Assembly (NCBI GenBank): GCA_964601265.1
Contig: CAZRMT010000002.1
Location: 2,560-66,559 of the forward strand
Length of the DNA: 64,000 bases
DNA from: an uncultured Christensenella sp.
GTDB lineage: Bacteria; Bacillota; Clostridia; Christensenellales; Borkfalkiaceae
Direction of reading: 5' to 3'
Shown here: one piece after another, positions 25,000-33,859 of the stretch
Layout of the letters: each line of letters starts with the position of its first letter
Numbering within the stretch: the first letter of the stretch is position 1
Program-made: the position numbers and the translations under genes
The notes under the pieces: generated by a model
Databases searched by the model: none
Told to the model about the DNA's origin: nothing
What the model saw: only the letters and a program-made list of their open reading frames with translations

Positions 25000-25772
25000 T
25001 TAAAATTCTCCTTCGTTTTATTTTTAAATTTTTTCGCCATAATTTTTTGACGTAATTTCAGCGGTGTTATCTTTGACAAAAAGTATAGCGTTTTATTGTA
25101 AAAACCTATAACCGATTTGTCTTTATTTTTTTCCAGCGCTTTCACGCTTTTTTTCGCAACTTTTTCGGGCGATTGAGAGGAAAGCTTACCCGTAAGCCCT
25201 TGTTTTTTTATGTCTTCTATAACGTCCTTTCTAGTGGGAACGCTACCCGGCAAAACAACCGTGATTTTAATTTTTTTCTCTCTTTTAAGCGCAACGAAGA
25301 AATCCCACAACGCTCTTTTAGAGGAAGTGTAAACGGCAAAATAAGGCGTAGGCACTATCGCCGTTAGAGAAGAAACCGCCAAAATTTCTTTTACGGGAAA
25401 ACGCTGAATACAGTAAAGGGTAAGAGATAAAGGGGCTTCGTAATTTATTCTCGCTTGCCTTTTTAAAGCGTCTTGCGTGTAAAAAACAAACGCATATTGA
25501 TTATCGTTGCCCGCCGTGTGAATTATTCTAGTAATTATAATTCCCTCTCGTTCGATAAAGTCAAACAAATTTTTTCTTTGATTTTCTTCGCTCAAATCGC
25601 AAGCAAACGTCTTTAGTGTACAATTGTCCGAAAATTTTTCTTTTACGTTCGACAATCTTTCTTCGTTCTGCCCCGTAAGAAGTAAATTTTCTCCTCTTAA
25701 GGCGTATATTTTAACGAATTCCCCGCCGATTACTCCGCTTGCTCCCGTTATAAGAGTAAATTCCTCCGCCAT
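24996..25772 (-). CDS. Short-chain dehydrogenase/reductase (SDR) of unknown substrate.
   Basis: TGASGVIGGEF (the cofactor-binding Gly motif) and YTSSK (YxxxK). GGAGAA RBS. Its stop overlaps the thyA ATG as ATGA. Confidence 0.8.
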   Translation of the reverse strand: MAEEFTLITGASGVIGGEFVKIYALRGENLLLTGQNEERLSNVKEKFSDNCTLKTFACDLSEENQRKNLFDFIEREGIIITRIIHTAGNDNQYAFVFYTQDALKRQARINYEAPLSLTLYCIQRFPVKEILAVSSLTAIVPTPYFAVYTSSKRALWDFFVALKREKKIKITVVLPGSVPTRKDVIEDIKKQGLTGKLSSQSPEKVAKKSVKALEKNKDKSVIGFYNKTLYFLSKITPLKLRQKIMAKKFKNKTKENFK

Positions 25773-25874
25773 TCGTTCTCCTTTATTTAATTAACTATTA
25801 TATATCTTATAATACAAGAAGTTGACGCTTTGCTTGCAAGGAGCGGGAACTTCGCCGTATTTCACACTATAAAG

Positions 25875-25940
25875 CATAAAAACAAAAGTTTTTATGGCAA
25901 AACCACACAGGTTTTGCAAAGATTTTGCCGAATGGCAAAA
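25875..25940. other. Cluster of three adjacent hairpins/inverted repeats in a 418-nt intergenic region.
   Basis: The three are cataaaaac-aaaa-gtttttatg (25875..25896), gcaaaacc-acaca-ggttttgc (25897..25917) and ttttgcc-gaat-ggcaaaa (25923..25940). The GGCAAAA/TTTTGCC arms can also pair across hairpins. Confidence 0.4.
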
Positions 25941-26098
25941 GATTACTTCTTATAGTTTATATTATTGGATGGGAAAAGTCAATTTTTTTAAAAAAAAATA
26001 ATATTTTAGCACTTTTTTTGCCCGATTTTTTATTATCTGTCAAAAACGCTTTTTTAAAGTCTTTTTTTAACGATTTTTTAATTTTTTTATATAAAACG

Positions 26099-26128
26099 TT
26101 TGACAATATAAGTCCACGTATATATAAT
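26099..26128 (+). promoter_or_regulatory. Putative promoter of the XRE-pot operon (TTGACA-18-TATAAT).
   Basis: TTGACA at 26099..26104 and TATAAT at 26123..26128, preceded by about 90 nt of T-tract-rich DNA. Confidence 0.65.
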
Positions 26129-26190
26129 AATTTCGTTGGTTTACTTTTACTAAACAAAAAGTTTAAAGAAAATAATCGACACGGAGATTT

Positions 26191-26724
26191 ATGGTATTAG
26201 GGGATAAAATAAAGCAACTACGGTTGCAATGCGATTTTACGCAAGAAGAACTTGCCGATAGATGCGAACTCACGAAAGGCTATATTTCACAGCTCGAAAA
26301 CGATTTGACAAGCCCTTCGATTGCGACGCTCATTGATATTTTATCGGCGCTAGGCACTACTTTAAGCGAGTTTTTTACCGAGGAAGAAGAAATAAAAATA
26401 GTTTTTAAAGAAAAAGACTATATCGACAAAATAGGCGACGGATTAACGCAAAACTTTTTAGCGGTTAACGCACAAAAAAACCTAATGGAGCCGTTAAGAA
26501 TAACGTTAAAACCCGACTGCGCAACGGAAGAAGACGTTCCGCACGAGGGAGAAGAATTCGGGTACGTTTTAGAGGGTGAAATAGTAATACACCTCGGCAA
26601 CAAAAAATACGTTTGCAAAAAAGGCGAAAGTTTTTACTTTAAAGCCGATAAAAAACACTATATAATCAACACAAAACAAAAAATCGCAAAATTTATCTGG
26701 GTGTCGTCACCGCCGACGTTCTGA
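26191..26724 (+). CDS. XRE-family HTH regulator with a C-terminal cupin domain.
   Basis: LGDKIKQLRLQCDFTQEELADRCELTKGYISQLENDLTSPSIATL, then a cupin-like part HEGEEFGYVLEGEIVIHLG..GESFYF. Confidence 0.85.
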   Translation: MVLGDKIKQLRLQCDFTQEELADRCELTKGYISQLENDLTSPSIATLIDILSALGTTLSEFFTEEEEIKIVFKEKDYIDKIGDGLTQNFLAVNAQKNLMEPLRITLKPDCATEEDVPHEGEEFGYVLEGEIVIHLGNKKYVCKKGESFYFKADKKHYIINTKQKIAKFIWVSSPPTF

Positions 26725-26740
26725 TAACAAAGGAGAAACA

Positions 26741-28267
26741 ATGGGAGAAAACAAAAAAACGTATAACGGTTCGGAAGAAAAAATCATCAACCTTTCGAAT
26801 ATTACCAAGATTTACGACGGAACAACCGTCGTAGACAATCTCAACCTTTATATAAGAAAAGGCGAGTTCGTAACGCTTTTGGGTCCTTCAGGTTGTGGAA
26901 AAACTACTACGCTTAGAATGATAGCGGGGTTTGAAATGCCCGATAAAGGCACGATTGAACTTAACGGCAAGGATATTACTACCCTTCCCCCGAACAAACG
27001 CCCTATCAACACGGTATTTCAAAGATACGCTTTATTTCCGCATTTAAACGTTCACGATAATATCGCCTACGGTCTTAAACTTAAACGCTTTAAATCTACT
27101 TATATCGACAAACACGGCAAAACCGTTGAAAAAATCGACAAAATGACCAAAAAGGAAATTGACGAAAAAGTTTCAAAAGCGTTAAAAATGGTCGATTTAG
27201 AAGATTTTGAAACGAGAACGATAGACACTCTTTCAGGCGGACAACAACAGCGTATCGCAATAGCAAGAGCTATCGTAAACGAACCGCAAATTCTCCTTTT
27301 AGACGAACCGTTAGGCGCTCTTGACCTTAAAATGAGAAAGGATATGCAAATAGAGCTTAAAGAAATGCATAGGAAACTAGGCATAACTTTTCTTTACGTT
27401 ACACACGATCAAGAAGAAGCGCTTTCCATGAGCGACACGATAGTCGTTATGAAGGACGGCGTAATACAACAAATAGGCACGCCCGAAGATATATACAACG
27501 AACCCAAAAACTCGTTTGTGGCAGACTTTATAGGTGAAAGCAATATTTATAGCGCAACGGTTGTCGGCGACAAAAAAGTTAGATTTATCAATAAAATATT
27601 CGATATGCTTGACGACTTCCCCAAAAACGAATTAGTCGACGTAGTCGTTCGTCCCGAGGACGTAACCATTGTGGAAGAAGGTCAAGGACAAGCCGACGGC
27701 GTTATCGTATCTTCTATATTTAAAGGCGTTCACTATCAAATGACTATGATGATAGGCAAAAGCGAAATTATGATTCAAGATACCGTTGAAAGGGAAATAG
27801 GCAAGCGATACGGCATTAAAATCGCACCCGACGGTATTCACGTTATGAGTAAAGAATTCTCCGTAAATCAATATATAGGCTACGTTACAAAGAAAAACAC
27901 CGTCTGTTTTGCAGAAGGCGAATTCGAATGTGACGTAACACAACTTTACCCTGCCTCTCACTTAGACGAAGAAGGCTATTTAATAACAGCCGAGGGAGAA
28001 AAAATAGACTTGACCGACGTTGACGTTATTGTAAAAGTCGGATTAAAAGATATTGAACTTACCGACGTCGAAGAAGACGGAACCGTCTCGGGAACGGTAG
28101 TAAGCTCTATATATAAAGGCGACCACTACCAACTTATTATAAGAACGGATAACGAAGAAGAAGATTACGTTTGCGATACAGAATATCAATACAACGAAAA
28201 CGACAGACTTTTCATCAATATCCCCAAAGACAAAATTAAACTTACCTTAAAGGCGGTAGAAAAATGA
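26741..28267 (+). CDS. potA: Spermidine/putrescine-type ABC ATPase with a helical-domain insertion and two tandem TOBE-like C-terminal domains.
   Basis: Walker A GPSGCGKTT, signature LSGGQQQRIAIARA and Walker B ILLLDEPLGALD. The TOBE-like segments are VIVSSIFKGVHYQMTMM and GTVVSSIYKGDHYQLII. 508 aa. Confidence 0.85.
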   Translation: MGENKKTYNGSEEKIINLSNITKIYDGTTVVDNLNLYIRKGEFVTLLGPSGCGKTTTLRMIAGFEMPDKGTIELNGKDITTLPPNKRPINTVFQRYALFPHLNVHDNIAYGLKLKRFKSTYIDKHGKTVEKIDKMTKKEIDEKVSKALKMVDLEDFETRTIDTLSGGQQQRIAIARAIVNEPQILLLDEPLGALDLKMRKDMQIELKEMHRKLGITFLYVTHDQEEALSMSDTIVVMKDGVIQQIGTPEDIYNEPKNSFVADFIGESNIYSATVVGDKKVRFINKIFDMLDDFPKNELVDVVVRPEDVTIVEEGQGQADGVIVSSIFKGVHYQMTMMIGKSEIMIQDTVEREIGKRYGIKIAPDGIHVMSKEFSVNQYIGYVTKKNTVCFAEGEFECDVTQLYPASHLDEEGYLITAEGEKIDLTDVDVIVKVGLKDIELTDVEEDGTVSGTVVSSIYKGDHYQLIIRTDNEEEDYVCDTEYQYNENDRLFINIPKDKIKLTLKAVEK

Positions 28268-29073
28268 AAGTTAGGTTTTCAAGAAAACATTTCGGAATTC
28301 CGTACGCCGTGTTTTTATTATTTTTCGTAATTTTTCCGTTACTGTTAATAGTTAAATACGCCTTTACCGATTCCAACGGGAAGTTAACCGTTGAAAATTT
28401 CGTCAACTTTTTTAAATATAACGCAAACTTAACGGCATTGTTTATAAGTTTGGGTCTAGCTATATGCACGACTATCGTATGTATTTTGCTTGCATACCCC
28501 GTTGCATATATTTTATCCAAAAGCCAAAGCAACAAAACGGCTATTTTTCTTTTACTTTTTATTTTGCCGATGTGGATAAACTTTGTTTTAAGAACTGCGG
28601 CAATGAAAGAACTCTTATATAAAATAGGCTTATTCAAATCGAATAAAACAAGCTTTTTAAACACCGTTATAGGAATGGTTTACGATTATCTTCCGTTTGC
28701 CATATTACCTATTTACACGACTTTATCCAAGATGGATAAAAGTTTAACGGAAGCTTCTCTCGATTTAGGCGCAAGCCACGTAAAAACCTTTTTAAAGGTC
28801 ACCCTGCCTTTAAGTAAACCCGGTATTATAAGCGCCGTAACGATGATATTGCTCCCGACTACTACGAGTTACGTTATTTCAGATACTCTCGGAAACGGAA
28901 ACGTTACCATTATCGGAAAGCTTATAGAAAATCAATTCAGCACGATGTTCGACTGGAATATGGGTTCCGCGATAGCTCTAATATTGTTAGTGGTAATTTT
29001 CGTATCTATGCTCTTTACTAATAAATTTGCCGAAAACGACGACACTATGCAAGCAAGAGGTGGATTATGGTAA
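28264..29073 (+). CDS. potB: ABC permease (PotB-like).
   Basis: 269 aa, six hydrophobic segments, EAA-type loop SLTEASLDLGAS..TFLKVTLPLSKPG. ATGA overlap with potA. Confidence 0.85.
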   Translation: MKVRFSRKHFGIPYAVFLLFFVIFPLLLIVKYAFTDSNGKLTVENFVNFFKYNANLTALFISLGLAICTTIVCILLAYPVAYILSKSQSNKTAIFLLLFILPMWINFVLRTAAMKELLYKIGLFKSNKTSFLNTVIGMVYDYLPFAILPIYTTLSKMDKSLTEASLDLGASHVKTFLKVTLPLSKPGIISAVTMILLPTTTSYVISDTLGNGNVTIIGKLIENQFSTMFDWNMGSAIALILLVVIFVSMLFTNKFAENDDTMQARGGLW

Positions 29074-29861
29074 AAAAGATTTTTAAATACGTATATCTAT
29101 TTTTAATTCTTATATTTTTATACGCACCGATTTTGTTACTTGCGGTATACTCTTTTAACGCCTCCTCCACTATCGGACTTTGGTCGGATAAATGGACTTT
29201 CGATTTATATAGACAGTTATTCCGCAACAAAGAGCTATTAACCATTATAGGAAACACTTTATTGCTTGCCGTTCTTTCCGCAATAATATCCACGATTTTA
29301 GGAACTATGGGAGCAATAGGAATGTATTATTCCAAAAAAAGAACGTATAGGGCGCTTTCTTCGGCAACGAATATCCCCGTAATAAACGCCGATATAGTAA
29401 CGGCTATTTCTATTGCGCTCGTATGTTCGCTGTTTGCATTCGGAAGAACCTACGCATCGCTTTTAATCGGACACGTGGTACTTTGTTTCCCGTTTGTCGT
29501 TTTAAACGTTATCCCTAAACTCAAACAAATGAACCCCAACGTTTACGAAGCGGCGTTAGATTTAGGCGCAAGCCAAACGAAAGCTTTATTTACCGTGGTT
29601 ATACCGCAAATAATGTCAGGTATTTTCTCGGGATTTTTAATGGCTATAACGCTTTCGCTTGACGACTATATAGTTACCACTTTTACAAAACCCTCTACTT
29701 TCGACACTATTTCAACTTACGTATACAACGCTTACGCAAAGGCAGGCAGAAACACTTCCGTTCCTGCGCTTAGAGCAATGTCTACCATTATTTTTGCGGT
29801 TATGATTATCGTTATAATATTTTTAAACGTCAGAGCCAATAAAAAAAGGAGCGTAAAATGA
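29067..29861 (+). CDS. potC: ABC permease (PotC-like).
   Basis: 264 aa, EAA-type loop YEAALDLGASQTKALFTVVIPQIMSG. It overlaps potB by 7 nt. Confidence 0.85.
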   Translation: MVKKIFKYVYLFLILIFLYAPILLLAVYSFNASSTIGLWSDKWTFDLYRQLFRNKELLTIIGNTLLLAVLSAIISTILGTMGAIGMYYSKKRTYRALSSATNIPVINADIVTAISIALVCSLFAFGRTYASLLIGHVVLCFPFVVLNVIPKLKQMNPNVYEAALDLGASQTKALFTVVIPQIMSGIFSGFLMAITLSLDDYIVTTFTKPSTFDTISTYVYNAYAKAGRNTSVPALRAMSTIIFAVMIIVIIFLNVRANKKRSVK

Positions 29862-31495
29862 AAAAACTTTGTTTATTATTAGCGTTTATTTTATGTTTTG
29901 CGATAATATCTCCGCTTACGGCTTGCAAAAAGGAAGAAAAACTCGTACTAAACGTTTATAACTGCGAAGAATACATCGCCGAGGGCGAAGACTTCGATAT
30001 GATAGACGAGTTTGAAAAGTATTACTACCAAAAACACAAAAAACACGTTACCGTAAACTACTCCACTTACGGCACCAACGAGAATATGTACAACGAGTTA
30101 AAACTCACCAAAAACAAGAAAAAAGGAACGTATAGCTACGACCTTGTTTGCCCTTCCGACTATATGCTTATGAAAATGATAACGGAAAATATGTTGGAAG
30201 AATACGATTTGGACGAAAACGGCAACTACGCAAATATTCCTAACTACAACGACAACGTTTCGCCTTACATTAAAAAACTTTTTCATGATAACGGTTGGAA
30301 TAAATACGGCGTTTGTTATATGTGGGGAACAATGGGCTACGTTTACAATCCCGAAAAAATAAATTCAAACGACATGAAAACTTGGACGGGAATTTTAAAA
30401 GAAGAATACAAATATAAAAGCACCATAAAAGACAGTGCAAGAGACACCTACATTTTAGCCCAAGGAATTGCTTTTAAAGACAAACTTAACGCTTTAAACA
30501 AAAACGACGAAAACTACAATGCTTCGTTAACAAGTATATTTAACGACACTAGCGAGTTTGCCATGTCGGAAAGCGAAAAAGTTTTAAGAGAGGTTAAAAA
30601 AATAGTTTACGGTTTTGAAGTAGACAGCGGAAAAGGCGATATGGCTTCGGGCAAAATTTGGATTAACTTTGCTTGGTCGGGCGACGCCGTTTACGCTATA
30701 GACGAAGCCGAAAAATACGGCACCGAACTTTGTTACTCCGTTCCCGAAGAAGGAAGCAACGTTTGGTTCGACGGTTGGGTTATGCCGAAAGGGGCAAACA
30801 AAGAGCTGGCACAAGAATTTTTAAATTTTATAAACCAACCCGAAAACACCGTTGAAAATATGAATTACATCGGCTACACCCCCTCGATTGCGGGCGACGT
30901 TATGTTTGAAAACGCAATAGATTGGTACGGGTTGTGGATATTAAACGAAAACGATGACGGAGAAATTTCGATAAACGGTAAAAACTACGACGAAGTTTAT
31001 TTCGGCGATTTAGACGAAGAAACGAAATTATCGTTAAAAAGCTCCGACGGAACATACAACTTAAATATTCCCGAATACAACGACGACAATGAAGTAATAG
31101 GTTTTTCACAAGAAACAGTAACCGTTTACTCTTACGACATAGATTATTTCTTCGGTAACATTTCAGACGAATACAAAACCGACGGTAAAGCCATTATTTA
31201 TACGGATACCATTGACAGACAGCTGTATACACAGTATCCCGACGGCGAAACGGTAAACAGATGTATTATAATGAAAGAATTTTCAAAAGCCGAAAACAAC
31301 GACTTAAACAATATGTGGTCAAGCGTTAAAATAGGCTATATGTCTCCGCTTGCAATGATTTTAATAATCTTAGCCGTAGCGGTAATAATAACTTTATTTA
31401 TCGTGCTTAACAAATTGATTAAATCGGGAAAATTCGGTTACGGAAAAACCCGAAAGAACTTAAAACTTATTTCCAAAGAAGAAATAAAAAAATAA
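29858..31495 (+). CDS. potD: Polyamine-type substrate-binding lipoprotein with extra insertions and a C-terminal TM helix.
   Basis: 545 aa with lipobox SPLTAC. It shows PotD-like periplasmic-binding-protein features. The C-terminus is SPLAMILIILAVAVIITLFIVL followed by a Lys-rich tail. ATGA overlap with potC. Confidence 0.75.
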   Translation: MKKLCLLLAFILCFAIISPLTACKKEEKLVLNVYNCEEYIAEGEDFDMIDEFEKYYYQKHKKHVTVNYSTYGTNENMYNELKLTKNKKKGTYSYDLVCPSDYMLMKMITENMLEEYDLDENGNYANIPNYNDNVSPYIKKLFHDNGWNKYGVCYMWGTMGYVYNPEKINSNDMKTWTGILKEEYKYKSTIKDSARDTYILAQGIAFKDKLNALNKNDENYNASLTSIFNDTSEFAMSESEKVLREVKKIVYGFEVDSGKGDMASGKIWINFAWSGDAVYAIDEAEKYGTELCYSVPEEGSNVWFDGWVMPKGANKELAQEFLNFINQPENTVENMNYIGYTPSIAGDVMFENAIDWYGLWILNENDDGEISINGKNYDEVYFGDLDEETKLSLKSSDGTYNLNIPEYNDDNEVIGFSQETVTVYSYDIDYFFGNISDEYKTDGKAIIYTDTIDRQLYTQYPDGETVNRCIIMKEFSKAENNDLNNMWSSVKIGYMSPLAMILIILAVAVIITLFIVLNKLIKSGKFGYGKTRKNLKLISKEEIKK

Positions 31496-31510
31496 CGACT
31501 TGAATAGTTT

Positions 31511-31545
31511 AACGGCGTAGCAAAATTGCTACGCCGTTATTTTTC
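31511..31545 (+). terminator. Rho-independent terminator of the pot operon.
   Basis: AACGGCGTAGC-AAAATT-GCTACGCCGTT followed by ATTTTTC. The stem is nearly identical to the one at 14326. Confidence 0.8.
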
Positions 31546-31548
31546 ACT

Positions 31549-31582
31549 AAAAACACCCCTTAACGTAAATTTTAAGAGGTGT
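31549..31582 (-). terminator. Rho-independent terminator of the asparaginase gene.
   Basis: The hairpin acacc(c)cttaa / ttaag(a)ggtgt spans 31553..31582. A T-run follows on the minus strand. Confidence 0.6.
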
Positions 31583-31608
31583 AAAATAAAGCTTTTTATA
31601 TGAAAATT

Positions 31609-32610
31609 TTATTTAACGGGGACAATGTCTCCCGAAAGAGATTTTTTTATTGCCTGCTCCGCCGATATTCCGTTTAACGTTAAAAGCCACAACTTAACGT
31701 AAACGGAAATAGGCGAAACGTTTTTTACGGGAATTATGCCAAGTTTAGGAAAAAGAGTTGCACTCTCGTATTCAGCCCCCTCATAAACGCCCGTTGCAAA
31801 AACGGTAACGCCCTTTTTTCTTGCATTCTCAAAAAATTCTATTGCGTCTTTCGATTTGGTATTTAGCGTTCCCGAATGATAAGTTCCGAGCAAAATATAT
31901 TTACAATCTTTATCTATTAAAGGATAAGTTGCCCCTACAACGGGATTTACAAAAATTACGTTACGGCAATTTTCTTCCAATAAATCGAATTTAAGCGGAA
32001 GTATCTCGTCGCTTTTTTCCGTGTAATAAGAGTTTTTAAAAAAATTGAAGTTATTGTCAAAACTTCCGTATTCACAATCGAACGCACTATACACTTCGTC
32101 CGAAAACACCTTTGAAGGCAGTAATCGAGTAGCTCTGTGAACTTTCACCACGCCTTTTTCACCGTTGCGATAAAACACAAAAGCTCCTTTACCGCACTTT
32201 CCCGAAATAAATCTTAGCGCACCGTGCAAGTTATCAAGTCCGTTCGAGCGTTCGTCCTCTATCGGGTAATTACTTGAAACAAGGCACACGGGCACGGAAG
32301 AAAGCCCCACCGAATAACCTATTGCCGACGAGGAGTACGCAAGCGTATCCGTTCCGTGAGTAACTATTATCCCGTCGTAACCCGAACTTAAGCCATTGTT
32401 TACGCAACTCAACAGCATGCGAAGATGCTCGCCCGTACAATTTTCACTCAAATCCGTATACGACTCTTCAACGTCGTAATCAAAATCCACTCCGTATTTT
32501 TTATTGTATGCGTCTATAAGCAGTCTCGGTTTTGCTTTATCTGTGGAAATTGTATCGCCTACCGTCGTACTACCTATAGTTCCACCCGTAAAAATAAACA
32601 ATATTCTCAT
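31609..32610 (-). CDS. L-asparaginase (type I family).
   Basis: MRILFIFTGGTIGS (the TGGTI motif) and IVTHGTDTL. Confidence 0.8.
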   Translation of the reverse strand: MRILFIFTGGTIGSTTVGDTISTDKAKPRLLIDAYNKKYGVDFDYDVEESYTDLSENCTGEHLRMLLSCVNNGLSSGYDGIIVTHGTDTLAYSSSAIGYSVGLSSVPVCLVSSNYPIEDERSNGLDNLHGALRFISGKCGKGAFVFYRNGEKGVVKVHRATRLLPSKVFSDEVYSAFDCEYGSFDNNFNFFKNSYYTEKSDEILPLKFDLLEENCRNVIFVNPVVGATYPLIDKDCKYILLGTYHSGTLNTKSKDAIEFFENARKKGVTVFATGVYEGAEYESATLFPKLGIIPVKNVSPISVYVKLWLLTLNGISAEQAIKKSLSGDIVPVK

Positions 32611-32614
32611 AGTT

Positions 32615-33856
32615 TTATTTTAATTCTATGCCGTCTGCATTTTTTCCAACCATAGAAACTGCAAATTTACTGAAATCCATTTCGGTTTTTATATAACGGT
32701 TAATCTGTTCGAGGCTTATATTTTCCATTGCTTTAATCTTACCGACATTATCGTAAACCTTACCCGTCATAAGCAAATATTTAGCGTAAAGCATCATAAG
32801 CGTCGCCGTGCTTTCCTGAGCCATAATCGTAGAAGCGCTGTTTTGATTTTTTGCCCCTAAAAATTCTCTTTCCGTTATGCCGTCACGCTGAAAAGCTTCA
32901 AGGACTTTCATTATCTCGTTATACGCTTTATTGACCTCGTTTGGATTTAATCCCGCATAAATAACGTGCGAACCGACGTTTAAATATGCCGAAGGATAAG
33001 AATAAACGGTGTAACAAAGTCCTAACTCTTCTCTTATTCGTTGAAATAGTCTACTACTCATTCCTCCGCCTAAAACGCTAGACGCTATACTGATAAGCTC
33101 CGTGTTTTCGTCAAAACGTTCACCTTTAAAAGCCAACGCAAGGTGTACTTGTTCTATATCCTTTTTTACGGCGTTTTTAGAAAAAACAACGTTGCAAGAC
33201 GGCTTGTCCAAATTGATTTTTCCCGACGGCAATTTGCCTTCTACGTAACGCTCGACAAGTTCTTCTGCCTTTTTCTCGTCAACGTTCCCCGCAAAAACTA
33301 TTACCGTATTTTTTGCCGTGTAGTATTTCTCTCTAAATTTAATAATATCTTCTCTCGTAAAAGAAGACACTGTTTTTTTACTCCCGAGTATAGTTCTTCC
33401 GTAACCCTCGTTTCCAAAAAACGCTTGCGATAAAGTATCCATACAAAGCTCGTCCGGCGTATCTTCGGACATATTTATTTCTTCTATTACAACGCCTTTT
33501 TCTTTTTCGATTTCTTCGGAAGGGTAAACCGCATTAACGTATAAATCAGACAAAATTTCAAAAGAATCGTCTATCTTATCGGTAGTCGATTTTATATAAT
33601 AAAGCGTAACTTCTTTCGCCGTATACGCATTTAATCTCGAACCCAAAAATTCCGAATCGGCGCTAACGGAAAAGGAATCTCTTTTTTTGGTTCCTTTAAA
33701 AGTCGTATGCTCTATAAAATGAGAAATGCCGTTTTCGCACTCGTTTTCATACGCACTTCCTACCCCCGCCATTATTCCGCAACTTACGCTAAATAATTGT
33801 TCGTTTTTAACGACAATCATTCTCAATCCGCTTTTAAACTCTTTGTAATGTATCAT
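32615..33856 (-). CDS. M16-family zinc peptidase (MlpA/YmxG-like).
   Basis: HFIEHTTFKG (inverted HxxEH zinc motif); 413 aa. Confidence 0.85.
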   Translation of the reverse strand: MIHYKEFKSGLRMIVVKNEQLFSVSCGIMAGVGSAYENECENGISHFIEHTTFKGTKKRDSFSVSADSEFLGSRLNAYTAKEVTLYYIKSTTDKIDDSFEILSDLYVNAVYPSEEIEKEKGVVIEEINMSEDTPDELCMDTLSQAFFGNEGYGRTILGSKKTVSSFTREDIIKFREKYYTAKNTVIVFAGNVDEKKAEELVERYVEGKLPSGKINLDKPSCNVVFSKNAVKKDIEQVHLALAFKGERFDENTELISIASSVLGGGMSSRLFQRIREELGLCYTVYSYPSAYLNVGSHVIYAGLNPNEVNKAYNEIMKVLEAFQRDGITEREFLGAKNQNSASTIMAQESTATLMMLYAKYLLMTGKVYDNVGKIKAMENISLEQINRYIKTEMDFSKFAVSMVGKNADGIELK

Positions 33857-33859
33857 GTT

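Noticed and set aside
25773-25874. A THF or ZTP riboswitch in front of SDR-thyA-folA.
   Set aside because: No conserved THF-I/II or pfl/ZTP core sequence is recognisable in the minus-strand leader.
26013-26088. A series of T6-T7 tracts upstream of the XRE-pot promoter, considered as phased curved DNA or a repeat array.
   Set aside because: The tract starts are spaced 13, 24, 12, 12 and 8 bp apart, which is neither helical phasing nor a true repeat. An AT-rich UP-like region is the simplest reading.
25925-26200. ORFs of 91 aa (plus strand) and 66 aa (minus strand, 25957..26157) in the SDR/XRE intergenic gap.
   Set aside because: These are Lys/Phe/Leu-rich translations of poly-T/poly-A DNA. 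They have no RBS and overlap the mapped TTGACA/TATAAT promoter, so they are most likely non-coding.
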